From: Acidimicrobiaceae bacterium
GTDB taxonomy: Bacteria; Actinomycetota; Acidimicrobiia; Acidimicrobiales; Ilumatobacteraceae
NCBI GenBank assembly: GCA_040381935.1
Contig: JBEIGJ010000001.1
Location: 32,895 to 96,894 of the forward strand
Direction of reading: 5' to 3'
Length of the DNA: 64,000 bases
Below are positions 27,287 to 36,890 of this stretch, piece by piece; the stretch's first letter is position 1, and each line of letters begins with the position of its first letter. The notes under the pieces are model-generated. The model was not told the DNA's origin, did no database searches, and saw only the letters and a list, made by a program, of their open reading frames with translations. The position numbers were made by a program, and so were the translations under genes.

Positions 27287-27390
27287 ACTTGAGATTCAAG
27301 CACGTCTGGACGGACCGGCCCAATATCTCACACCGACTGTTGGCTCCGACGCTCCATCAGGGCCCCTAGTCGTGCACTTCCACTCTGACG

Positions 27391-29724
27391 TCAGGAGATC
27401 TTTTTGAGGGGTGCCCAGGCCAAGAGCAGGTGCTTTCGCCCACGCTCCACGAAGTTCACGACCGCCTCCGTCTTGTCGTCGCTTCCGGTGATGTCGATGA
27501 TCACACCTTCACCGAACACCGCATGTTCGACCGTGTCGCCAATACGTAGGCCCAACGTATGCGAGTTCGATTGTTCCGCTGGACGGCTGCGTTGAGCGAG
27601 GGCCCCAGCCGCAAGAGCCGCGTCGACTTGGCGCTCACGAAACTCATCATCAGGATCGAAACTGGCTACCGCACGACCGCGTCGCGATTCATCTCCTGCT
27701 GAACGGGACGTGGAACGGCGGTTCGGTACCTTGCCCTGATGCTCAACGAGTTCATCGGGAATTTCATCGAGAAATCGTGAGGGTGGGTTGTACTGAGTCG
27801 CTCCGAACTGACTCCGACACCACGCATGAGTCATGAACAGCCGCTCTCGGGCTCGAGTGATCCCGACGTAGGCCAAACGACGCTCCTCTTCTAACTCCGA
27901 CGCATCGGTGAAGGCGCGTACATGGGGAAATAGTCCCTCTTCGACTCCAACGATGACCACGAAAGGAAACTCCAAACCCTTGGCGGCGTGCAGGGTCATC
28001 ATCACGACTTTGTCGTCATCGGCCAGATCATCGGTATCGGCGACCAAGGACACCTGCTCCAAGAACTCATCGACCCGGGCGAATTCGCGCGTCGACTTCA
28101 GGAGCTCTTCAAGGTTTTCCATACGACCTGCAGCTTCGATCGACTCATCATCTTCGAATTCGGCAAGATACCCGGATTTCCGAAGCACACTCTCCAAAAC
28201 AGCTTCTGGATGCTGGTCTTCTTGACTGATGGCCTCTTCAATCGCCTCCAAAAACGATTCGATTCCTCGACGAGCTGCACCAGAGACACCAGCATCTTGG
28301 GATCGACGTAGCGCCTCGAAGAAGCTGATGCTTTCCTGTTTGGCCAGAGCATCCAATCGCCCAACACTGGTTTCGCCAATACCGCGCTTGGGCGTATTCA
28401 AAATACGTTTGATACTGACTTCATCCATCGGGTTGGCGACGACTCGGAGATATGCGACGGCATCTTTTACCTCCCGACGATCGTAAAAGCGAGTTCCACC
28501 AACAACCTTGTAGGGAACCCCGAAGCGCATGAACACTTCTTCGACCATGCGACTCTGGGGATTGGTTCGGTAGAAGACCGCCATCTCTCCCCACGAGCGC
28601 CCCTGAGCATGTAGGGACTGGAAAGTTCGCGCCACGAAAGATGCCTCGTCTCCTTCGTCTTCGGCGTGATAGCGAACGATATTCTCCCCGGGTCCGGCTT
28701 CGGTCCATAGTTCTTTTGGCTTACGGGCGAAGTTGCGAGCAATAACTGCGTTGGCTGCATCCAGGATGGTCTGGGTACTGCGATAGTTCTGTTCCAGTAC
28801 TACGACCGTGACATCTTCGAAAGCATCTTCGAACTGATGGATGTTGCGCAGATCGGCGCCACGAAACGCATAGATGGACTGGTCAGTATCTCCGACGACG
28901 CAGACGTTGTGATGTTTGGCCGCGAGCATGAGAACGATTTCGTTCTGGGCAACGTTCGTATCTTGATATTCATCAACCAAGATGTATTTGAAGCGTTCCT
29001 GATATGAAGCCAAAACACCCGGATTCAATCGGAATAGCCGAACGGTATTCATCAACAAATCGTCAAAATCCATGGCCCCCGCGCGTTGGAGGCGAATCTG
29101 GTATTCCGCGTAGATCTCGGCGTGTTTACGATCGAAAATATGCCCCGCCTGCTCGGCGGCCTCGCGAGGCGAAAGTAGCTCATTCTTCCAATTGGAGATC
29201 ACGGCCTGGACGGCGCGTGGGGCGAAACGCTTGTTGTCGAAACCTAGATCTCGAATGACGTAGCCGGTGAGTCGCTGGGCGTCAGCCTGGTCATAGATAC
29301 TGAAAGATTTGGGATATCCAATGGCTTCAGCATGCACTCGCAAGATCCGTACACACGCTGAGTGGAATGTCGATACCCACATTGACTTGGCAACGGGACC
29401 GATTAGGGACTCGACCCGATGCTTCATTTCCCCAGCGGCCTTGTTGGTAAAGGTGATGGCCAAGATGTTCATCGGATGCACACCATGGTTGCGGATGAGA
29501 TGCGCAATGCGGTGGGTAAGCACCCTGGTCTTTCCACTGCCTGCGCCGGCAACAACCAAGAGTGGGCCCTCGACGTGCTCAGCCGCCTCGCGCTGCATCG
29601 GATTCAGCCCGTCGAGATCGAAGTCACCGCCGCCATTCACCTCGCCGGCACTTGCTGACCAGGTCGATGGTCCCGAACGGGCGGAAAAAGGAGCAGAACC
29701 GAAGAGTTCGTCGTCACTCAACAT
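27391..29724 (-). CDS. pcrA: ATP-dependent DNA helicase PcrA/UvrD (SF1)
   Basis: Motif I AGAGSGKTRVLTHR, motif II ILVDEYQDTN, VGDTDQSIYAFRGA, TLHAAKGLEF and YVGITRA. Confidence 0.95.
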   Translation of the reverse strand: MLSDDELFGSAPFSARSGPSTWSASAGEVNGGGDFDLDGLNPMQREAAEHVEGPLLVVAGAGSGKTRVLTHRIAHLIRNHGVHPMNILAITFTNKAAGEMKHRVESLIGPVAKSMWVSTFHSACVRILRVHAEAIGYPKSFSIYDQADAQRLTGYVIRDLGFDNKRFAPRAVQAVISNWKNELLSPREAAEQAGHIFDRKHAEIYAEYQIRLQRAGAMDFDDLLMNTVRLFRLNPGVLASYQERFKYILVDEYQDTNVAQNEIVLMLAAKHHNVCVVGDTDQSIYAFRGADLRNIHQFEDAFEDVTVVVLEQNYRSTQTILDAANAVIARNFARKPKELWTEAGPGENIVRYHAEDEGDEASFVARTFQSLHAQGRSWGEMAVFYRTNPQSRMVEEVFMRFGVPYKVVGGTRFYDRREVKDAVAYLRVVANPMDEVSIKRILNTPKRGIGETSVGRLDALAKQESISFFEALRRSQDAGVSGAARRGIESFLEAIEEAISQEDQHPEAVLESVLRKSGYLAEFEDDESIEAAGRMENLEELLKSTREFARVDEFLEQVSLVADTDDLADDDKVVMMTLHAAKGLEFPFVVIVGVEEGLFPHVRAFTDASELEEERRLAYVGITRARERLFMTHAWCRSQFGATQYNPPSRFLDEIPDELVEHQGKVPNRRSTSRSAGDESRRGRAVASFDPDDEFRERQVDAALAAGALAQRSRPAEQSNSHTLGLRIGDTVEHAVFGEGVIIDITGSDDKTEAVVNFVERGRKHLLLAWAPLKKIS

Positions 29725-29783
29725 GGAGTGCTCGTACTGAGTTCCCAGGTGCGCATAGGAAGTCCATTGTACGACACGGATAT

Positions 29784-29825
29784 GACATGATCACTGGAAC
29801 GCGATCACCCGGACATGATCACTGG
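29784..29825. repeat. Two 14-bp direct repeats (GACATGATCACTGG) with a 28-bp period upstream of pcrA
   Basis: Copies at 29784-29797 and 29812-29825, with a partial GATCAC between them (29803-29808). They lie 60-100 nt upstream of the pcrA start codon and just downstream of the arylsulfatase stop. Confidence 0.6.
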
Positions 29826-29839
29826 GACACGGCACAGTC

Positions 29840-32164
29840 CTACTGCGAAGAGACACTCGCCCGGAATTCCAGGACTGCAAGTCGACGTTTGTCTTCGGGA
29901 GACAGTTCAGTCAGCCGTTCCAGGGTGACGGACTCGATGTCCGCCTCACAGGCGAATACATGAGGATACGGACCCACCGGTGAACCAGTATCGAGACCGA
30001 CGTCGAAGGTCTCCCCGCTCATCGAGAAAACCACCGGGATCGTGCGCTCGATTCGTACCGAGGAAATACTCTTACCATCAACGGAAACAAATGCCGTTCC
30101 ACCGCCGCCCAGTCCTCCGTCGTAGTCGAATTCCACAACCACTCGATGTCGACCAGGCTTGAGAGCCTCACCTCGCGCGAAAGACAGTTCCCGTCCGAAT
30201 GCGTTGTACAAGTACGTGGGGACACTCGCCTCCAGATACAAACTCCAGCCGGCCATGTTTCCACCTTGACAGCAGATCACTCCAGAGTCCCGCTCACTTC
30301 CAATCACGATGTCGGCCGTAATGCGGTAAGAGCAATTCTTGAGATTCACAACGATTGATTCGGGAATCCGGACATGTGACGGGTTGTACACCATCTTCGT
30401 CGCACCCTTGATGGCTTGCGGTACCGCAAGATTTGGGTCGAGACGAAAACCTGGGTCGCGCAATGGATAGACGCCACAACGTCGGGCTTCGATATCGAAA
30501 ATGGTCTGCAGCTCGTTCAGTTTTTCTGGATAGTCGGCGGAAAGATCATTGCTCTGCGAAAAATCCTGCTGGATGTCGTACAGTTCCCATCGCTCTTGTG
30601 GCCCGTCGAAAGGCATCGAGACGAAACGTACCCATGGCGGCCGACCGTGAAAACACGAGGCCATCCAACCATCGTGGTACACCGCTCGATTACCAAGAAT
30701 TTCGAAGTACTGCGTCGTCCGCCGGCTACGGACGTGGCCATCTTCGAACGTGTAGTTCATTGCGATACCGTCGACCGGGTCTTGTTCGACACCGTTGACG
30801 CTGTGCGGGTACTCGATCCCAGCCGCGGCCAGCAATGTTGGTGCGATGTCCACGACATGATGGAACTGGGACCGGAGTTGTCCTCCCTGGGAAATCCCGG
30901 CTGGCCACTTGATTGCCATCCCGTTACGCGTTCCTCCGAAATGCGAGGCCACCTGCTTCATCCATTGAAATGGAGCATCGAGAGCCCAAGCCCATCCGAT
31001 ATTGAAGTGATTCTCACAACGCGCGGAACCAAAGTCGTCCATGTGGGCGAGCAGCCATTCCTCGTCTTCAGGTACCCCATTCTGAAAGGTTGGGGCGGCC
31101 CATGCTCCATTCACTGTTCCTTCCGCCGATGCGCCGTTATCACCGGTGATGTAAACGACAAGAGTGTTCTCAGCCGCTCCGATTGCGGAAAGATGGTCGA
31201 GGAAACGACCGATATGGAAATCCGTGTGCGCAAGAAAGGCCGCGAAGACTTCCATCAAACGCGAAGCAACCGGCTTCAATCGGTCGGGATAGTCCGCCCA
31301 GGAAGGAACCCCCTCTGGTCGTCCGGTGAGCACAGTCGCCGGCGGAATCACACCCAAAGCAATCTGTCGTTGATAGATCTGCTGGCGTAACTCGTCCCAT
31401 CCCGCGTCGAACTGACCAGCGAACCGAGCTATCCAATCGGGAGGTACATGATGCGGAGTATGTACTGCGGGAGTAGGGAGATAAAGAAAGAAGGGCTTGT
31501 CAGGGGCCGATACCCGCACACGATCGACCCAGGCGATCGACTGGTCGATGAGATCTTCGGTGAGGTGGTAGTCCTGGCGTCCTCGATACGGAAAGACCGG
31601 CGTGGTTTGGTCGTATACCGCCGGTTCGTACTGCGACGCTTCAGCGTTGATGATGCCGTAGAACCGTTCGAATCCCATACCAGTTGGCCAACGATCAAAG
31701 GGACCGGCCGGACCCTGTTCCCATAACGGGGTCAGGTGCCATTTTCCGATGCACGCAGTTGCATAGCCGTTTTGACGGAGTATTTCGGCCACAGTGGACG
31801 TCGATCGCGGAATCACACTGTCGTACGCCGGAAAGGAGTTAGCGCCTTCTGGGATACCACCCATATGCACCGAATGGTGATTTCGTCCGGTGAGCAAGGC
31901 AGCTCGGGTAGGGGAACACAAAGCCGTGGTATGGAACTGGTTGTACAGCAAACCTTCATCGGCCAATGCCTGAAAACGGGGAGTCGGGACCGGGCCACCG
32001 AACGTGCCAAATGAACCAAAACCCACATCATCGAGCATGATCACCACAATGTTGGGCGCTTGGGGAGGGGCCCCGTGACCTTCGAGGCGAGATGCCGTCG
32101 AGTTTTCGATCAATCGTTCGATGTGCCCACCGAACGGCGGCGATGGTTTGGGCAGGACCGTCAT
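29840..32164 (-). CDS. Arylsulfatase, large AtsA-type (formylglycine sulfatase)
   Basis: PNIVVIMLDDVGFG...CSPTRAALLTGRNHH (C-x-P-x-R). The start is set at the ATG at 32164, which overlaps the upstream gene's stop by 1 nt (TGATG); the ORF track start at 32296 lies inside the upstream gene. Confidence 0.9.
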   Translation of the reverse strand: MTVLPKPSPPFGGHIERLIENSTASRLEGHGAPPQAPNIVVIMLDDVGFGSFGTFGGPVPTPRFQALADEGLLYNQFHTTALCSPTRAALLTGRNHHSVHMGGIPEGANSFPAYDSVIPRSTSTVAEILRQNGYATACIGKWHLTPLWEQGPAGPFDRWPTGMGFERFYGIINAEASQYEPAVYDQTTPVFPYRGRQDYHLTEDLIDQSIAWVDRVRVSAPDKPFFLYLPTPAVHTPHHVPPDWIARFAGQFDAGWDELRQQIYQRQIALGVIPPATVLTGRPEGVPSWADYPDRLKPVASRLMEVFAAFLAHTDFHIGRFLDHLSAIGAAENTLVVYITGDNGASAEGTVNGAWAAPTFQNGVPEDEEWLLAHMDDFGSARCENHFNIGWAWALDAPFQWMKQVASHFGGTRNGMAIKWPAGISQGGQLRSQFHHVVDIAPTLLAAAGIEYPHSVNGVEQDPVDGIAMNYTFEDGHVRSRRTTQYFEILGNRAVYHDGWMASCFHGRPPWVRFVSMPFDGPQERWELYDIQQDFSQSNDLSADYPEKLNELQTIFDIEARRCGVYPLRDPGFRLDPNLAVPQAIKGATKMVYNPSHVRIPESIVVNLKNCSYRITADIVIGSERDSGVICCQGGNMAGWSLYLEASVPTYLYNAFGRELSFARGEALKPGRHRVVVEFDYDGGLGGGGTAFVSVDGKSISSVRIERTIPVVFSMSGETFDVGLDTGSPVGPYPHVFACEADIESVTLERLTELSPEDKRRLAVLEFRASVSSQ

Positions 32165-33861
32165 CAGCTGCGCATTCCCTGGTTGTCGAATGCCGAAAGT
32201 GTCGCCATCACCGACGAGACCGATCCTGTCACCAGAGCATTTCCCGAGGCAAGAGCGCCAGAGAACGATATCGATCCGGCCAAAATTCTTGCCCACGTTT
32301 CGAATTGCAGCGCGATGCGGTCACTCGCCCCAACGGCATCGGTGGCCACTGCAACCCCGTTGCGAACATGTAGACCCTGTGCCTCATATCCATCGAAGTC
32401 GAATTCAATGTGGTGGTCGATGCCAGAGGCAAGTTCTGGATCGAGCATGACCCGCAGAATTCGCAATGAGCCATGTGGTCCCAGCGCCAGGATCTGATTC
32501 TCACGGAGGCGATGTTGTCGCAAACGAGACAGATCAGTGGAGCCATCGAGATCTCGGGCGGTGGTAATACACCAGTTGCGAATATTGGCCGCAGCCGATC
32601 GGTACCCCACGTCTCGCAAGACGTCCGCCAGCAACTGTCGGTCGGCTTGGGTCGAATTCGAACGCGTCACCAACCATGAGGCTAATTCGAGTGCCCATCG
32701 CACGTCGTTGTTTTCTCGTGCGGTGTTGACGATATTGACGACTGCTGCGGGCCCCCCGAATCCATCAACGAGGCGATCAGCGCGCTCAGCAGGTGGTAGG
32801 GGAAACAATTTGGCGGGGTCACCGTCGAACCAACCACGAACCCCAGAACAAATCTGACGAACGTGGTGTTCGGCTACTCCGTACAGTTCCTGAGTGAGAT
32901 AATCATCGTCGCAGGAATCGGGAAGTCGCAGACGCGACGCAATCTCGTCTGCCGTCCACCCCTTGTTCAAACCCCGTACGGTTTGATCCCACAAGAATTG
33001 AATTGCATCCTTGGCACCCGTGATGCGCCGGAGAATGTCCGACTGACCCATCATCGGCGGGCCGTGGGTTCCAGCCAGGTATTCAGGAGCGAGTGAGGCA
33101 ATGTGCTCGATACCTCGCAACAGGACCTGCGGATCTCGGTATTCCTCGCCGCGAATTGCAAAAATGTTGAACAACACCGGCCAGATGATGTTGTGAACAC
33201 AGGTCTCAAGTTCGGGGAACCATAGCGTTACCGAGTCATCGGCATCAGATGGTGCATGCGTAACCTCGACCCGAGTACCGGCAATCGTCATCGATTCGCC
33301 TCCTCGCCACTCAACTGTGGGAGCAACAAAGCCGTCAGTGAAAGGATGATGATCGGGATTGCGATAGAACATTCCCAAACCGACACTGACTATTCCGTCT
33401 GGTCCCTCGAGCGGCATGGCCGTCCCGAACTGGTAGACGAGCCCCCGAGCGTATGCCGGCCCAATCTCGGACATCGCCCTGTTGCGATTGTGAGTAATCC
33501 GCTCGTGTCCGTAGATGGGAATGTCGGACCCGTATTCGCGCAGGATTTCCGTCGTACCACTGACGTAATGAAAATGCGTATAGACGACCGCAACAATGGG
33601 TCGGTCGGTCACTTGACGCAGATCCCGAAGAGCGGATCGCATCTCCTCGACTGATTCGCCGGTGTCGATGGCAATGATGCCCTCGGGCGCATCGATGAAT
33701 GTCTGGTTGGAAAGACCGTTCCCGACCAGAGTCCACACGCCGGGACGCACATTAAACAGTTTCCTTTCGAAACGGAGAGTGTGTTCCAATGCATCACCAT
33801 GGACGAGTTGCCCACGGTCTGCGGTCACCACCGAATCTGGTTGAGGGTCAAAAGATCGCAT
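32164..33861 (-). CDS. SdsA1/Bds1-like alkylsulfatase-family protein (MBL fold + dimerisation + SCP2-like C-terminus) with a degenerate metal-binding motif
   Basis: Overall collinearity with SdsA1 as I remember it (GVWTLVGNGLSNQTFIDAPEGIIAIDTG..., FAIRGEEYRD, YGVAEHHVR, RWALELASWLV, NIRNW, and a C-terminal SCP2-like region). The HxHxDH position reads THFHYVSG. Confidence 0.7.
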   Translation of the reverse strand: MRSFDPQPDSVVTADRGQLVHGDALEHTLRFERKLFNVRPGVWTLVGNGLSNQTFIDAPEGIIAIDTGESVEEMRSALRDLRQVTDRPIVAVVYTHFHYVSGTTEILREYGSDIPIYGHERITHNRNRAMSEIGPAYARGLVYQFGTAMPLEGPDGIVSVGLGMFYRNPDHHPFTDGFVAPTVEWRGGESMTIAGTRVEVTHAPSDADDSVTLWFPELETCVHNIIWPVLFNIFAIRGEEYRDPQVLLRGIEHIASLAPEYLAGTHGPPMMGQSDILRRITGAKDAIQFLWDQTVRGLNKGWTADEIASRLRLPDSCDDDYLTQELYGVAEHHVRQICSGVRGWFDGDPAKLFPLPPAERADRLVDGFGGPAAVVNIVNTARENNDVRWALELASWLVTRSNSTQADRQLLADVLRDVGYRSAAANIRNWCITTARDLDGSTDLSRLRQHRLRENQILALGPHGSLRILRVMLDPELASGIDHHIEFDFDGYEAQGLHVRNGVAVATDAVGASDRIALQFETWARILAGSISFSGALASGNALVTGSVSSVMATLSAFDNQGMRS

Positions 33862-33990
33862 ATCCGATCATTCCATACGAATGCCAGAGGACATTCATCT
33901 ACCAAAGACGGTGGTGCCCGCAGCCTCTTGGATCACACTTGCGCTTCAAGATGCACGAGAAGCGTTCGTCATTCGCACTGACGACTCAGG

Positions 33991-34536
33991 TCACGAGGTT
34001 CGACGGGGACCGAGCTCGCCATCCACCAGTCGGGGCAAAAACTCGTTCAACTTCTCGGTCACCGAATCGATCATCCCGGCCAAGAGTGCCGCAATCAAAT
34101 CGTCCCGAGACTTGCCCTGCTCCTCAGCAATGCTCGCCAAAGTCGAACCATCTCGCAGTTCTGCTCGAAGGTCCTCCGGGCTCATGTCCAGGAAAGTGGA
34201 TGCAGCCTCTACGAGTCCAGTTCGCATACCTTCCCGCCGAATACCGGCCAGTGGGCCATGCCCGTCCCGTTCACGTCGGGGAGAATCGAAGTTCCCACCC
34301 AGAGCGTTCCGACGACCGTGGCCGTCTCGGAACCCGTCACGCGCAATGTCGCGAGCGTCATCGATCTCTGAATCAACCGAGGCCGCCGCTGAAAATGGCG
34401 ATGCTGCAGTCATACTCAATCCCGTTCCGGCGATGAGACCAAGGGCCAGTCCGGCCGCTGTCCAATTCCGAATACGACGGGAACCTCGCTTCGTCTCAGG
34501 TATTTCTGACTGATGATGGTTTTCGTGAGATGTCAT
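33991..34536 (-). CDS. Secreted hypothetical protein with a twin-arginine-like signal
   Basis: AAGGAG lies 7 nt upstream of the ATG at 34536. KRGSRRIRNWTAAGLALGLIAGTGLSMTAASPFSAAAS is signal-like, and the mature part is charged and helical (MSPEDLRAELRDGSTLASIAEEQGKSRDDLIAAL). It lies downstream of the two-component genes. The ORF track's 263-aa version is an N-terminal over-extension. Confidence 0.6.
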   Translation of the reverse strand: MTSHENHHQSEIPETKRGSRRIRNWTAAGLALGLIAGTGLSMTAASPFSAAASVDSEIDDARDIARDGFRDGHGRRNALGGNFDSPRRERDGHGPLAGIRREGMRTGLVEAASTFLDMSPEDLRAELRDGSTLASIAEEQGKSRDDLIAALLAGMIDSVTEKLNEFLPRLVDGELGPRRTS

Positions 34537-34675
34537 CGGTTGTACTCCTTGATTTCGCATTGATGGGTAGCCGATTCGGTTGATCCGGCTGCAGTAACCA
34601 TCACAGGTCCAGTTGAGAATGGAACAACATCTCGGTGAGAAATCGGTGTGAACTGAGTTTGCTCTGATTCGATAT

Positions 34676-36067
34676 TCACGACATTTGCTCGAACAATGGC
34701 AAAGAAATCCCCACTTCGGCTCCTCCATCAGGACGATTGCGGGCGAAATACTCTCCGTGATGCAAGCGGGCAGCGTCGGCAACTATGGCCAACCCCAGTC
34801 CGGAGCCCGGCAAACTGCGCGCCTCGACGGCACGATGGAACCGCTCGAAGACGTGCTCCAACTCTTCAACTGGGATTCCGGGCCCTCGGTCGAGAACTGT
34901 GACCGTGCCACCGTCGATAACGACATCGATTGGGGCCTCGGAGGAATCGAACTTGAGGGCATTGTCGACAAGATTCGAAATAGCCCTCTCGATGAGTGGT
35001 CGCTGCCCCAACACCACCAATGGCCCACTACGACGCTCATCGTCTGTGGGTTCAAGGACATGTATCGTCCGTCCAGTACGCCTTTGGGCTCTGTGTACGC
35101 GGTCCACGACCAATGCACGTAGATCAATGACCTCGACGGGATGACCGTGCAAACTCGTCGTTGAGTCCGATGCCAATGAAAGGACCTCTTCGACCAATTG
35201 AGCCAATTCGTCCGCGTCCCGATTCAAGTCGTCGAGAACTTGAACCCGTAACGCCTCACTCAGATCACTGTGCCGACGAAGTACGTCGAGGTTCATTTTC
35301 AGACTGGTCAACGGCGTGCGCAGTTCATGGCCGGCATCTTGTACTAGTTGCTGCTGTTGTCTTTTCGAAAGCGACAGAGCCTGCAACATCCCACGAAACG
35401 AGCGGGCCAGTCGGCCAACTTCATCAGATCCAGTCATCGGAACTTCGATATCGAGACTGGCAGTATCGGCAATTTCCTCGCTCACCGTCGACAATCGACG
35501 AAGTCTCGAGGTCAATCCCGTGGCGATCAACCAACCGGCAATCGCACCGGCCAGAGCAAAGACCGCGCCGACAACCAAAATACGGCGTTGTAGATCCCGC
35601 AGAACATTGGCGGTCTCGGAAAGATCTCGGCCGAGTTGCACTACGGCCCGGACCGATGGACCGATCTCTACGATGACCGAGCGCACCCGATACTGCTGAC
35701 CTTGTAAGGAGTTCACCGTTTCGACTACGGCTTGATCCGAACTGGACCAGCGCTCGAGTTCAACAGTCGGCAACTCCACATCGGTCGAAGCCGCAAGAAT
35801 CGTTCCCTGATCATCGGTCACCTGAACAACGAACTGCTCGATACCCAAGGGACGATCCGGAACAGTCACGATCACCCTTCCCCTTGGACCAAAGCGCACG
35901 GCCGCATTCGAGCGGCTGAGAAAACGGTCGGTGGCTTGAATCAGCGAACGGTCGATTTCAGTCATGAGTCGCGACTCGAGGGTCCAAAAAGAAATGGCCC
36001 CAATCGATGCCGAGGATATGACCACGACAACCGCCAGCAACGCCGTCAGTTTCCAGCGCAGACTCAT
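34676..36067 (-). CDS. Sensor histidine kinase (2 TM, HAMP, HisKA, HATPase_c)
   Basis: H-box DAGHELRTPLTSL, N box NLVDNALKF, G boxes DRGPGIP and GSGLGLAIV. The ATG at 36067 lies 8 nt after the regulator's stop; a TTG at 36085 is the alternative start. Confidence 0.9.
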   Translation of the reverse strand: MSLRWKLTALLAVVVVISSASIGAISFWTLESRLMTEIDRSLIQATDRFLSRSNAAVRFGPRGRVIVTVPDRPLGIEQFVVQVTDDQGTILAASTDVELPTVELERWSSSDQAVVETVNSLQGQQYRVRSVIVEIGPSVRAVVQLGRDLSETANVLRDLQRRILVVGAVFALAGAIAGWLIATGLTSRLRRLSTVSEEIADTASLDIEVPMTGSDEVGRLARSFRGMLQALSLSKRQQQQLVQDAGHELRTPLTSLKMNLDVLRRHSDLSEALRVQVLDDLNRDADELAQLVEEVLSLASDSTTSLHGHPVEVIDLRALVVDRVHRAQRRTGRTIHVLEPTDDERRSGPLVVLGQRPLIERAISNLVDNALKFDSSEAPIDVVIDGGTVTVLDRGPGIPVEELEHVFERFHRAVEARSLPGSGLGLAIVADAARLHHGEYFARNRPDGGAEVGISLPLFEQMS

Positions 36068-36074
36068 CGTCGAC

Positions 36075-36815
36075 TCACGAGGCAATCCGGGCTGTGTACC
36101 CGACTCCGCGCACGGTATGAATCAATGGCCGTTCACCTTGGAAGTCGATCTTGCGTCGGATGTAGCCGATGTACACCGCCAGATTCTTCGACTCGGGACC
36201 AAAGTCGTATCCCCAGATTCGATCGTAAATGGTCGCATGATCAAGGACGATTCCCTGATTGCGAACCAGCAACTCCAAGAGGTCGAACTCAGTTTTCGAG
36301 AGTTCGATTTCTCTCAGCCCCCGCTTCACTCGGTGGGCCGCAATATCTATCGATAGATCATCGAGTACGAGCAGCGAGCTCGGATCTCCACTTTGCCAGT
36401 TGGACCGGCGAAGCAAAGCGCGAATCCGAGACAAGAGTTCATCCAAGTCAAAGGGTTTAGGCAGATAGTCATCAGCCCCAGCATCGAGTCCGGCAACTCG
36501 ATCACCGGTCTCGGTCCGGGCAGTGAGCATCAAAATCGGAATCGTATTCTTCTCGGTTCGAAGCACCCGGCAGGCCGTTATCCCATCGATGTTGGGCATC
36601 ATCACATCAAGAATGACCAAGTCGAATGAATTGTGGTCGGAAAAATCGCGATCGCCGGTATCACGACGAAGTTCGTCGAGAGCGGCTGCTCCATCGGTGA
36701 CGGCAACTGTGTCATAGCCCTCAAGGATGAGTGCTCGATCTAGCGATTCTCGAATTGCTCGATCGTCGTCGGCGATGAGGATTCGTCCGTGTTGCTGCTG
36801 GCCCTTTTGGCTCAC
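36075..36815 (-). CDS. OmpR/PhoB-family response regulator
   Basis: Receiver domain RILIADDD...LVILDVMMPNIDG...LTAR.., winged-helix C-terminus LSKTEFDLLELL...IHTVRGVGY. The start is set at GTG 36815; the 340-aa ORF-track version carries an implausible 94-aa leader that overlaps the divergent gene. Confidence 0.88.
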   Translation of the reverse strand: MSQKGQQQHGRILIADDDRAIRESLDRALILEGYDTVAVTDGAAALDELRRDTGDRDFSDHNSFDLVILDVMMPNIDGITACRVLRTEKNTIPILMLTARTETGDRVAGLDAGADDYLPKPFDLDELLSRIRALLRRSNWQSGDPSSLLVLDDLSIDIAAHRVKRGLREIELSKTEFDLLELLVRNQGIVLDHATIYDRIWGYDFGPESKNLAVYIGYIRRKIDFQGERPLIHTVRGVGYTARIAS

Positions 36816-36890
36816 AACCTGGAGTCTGCCCCGATTTGGTAAGAGACAGGTGATAATTCGCTTTCTCCATCGACCAGTTAGCGTTGTCCC

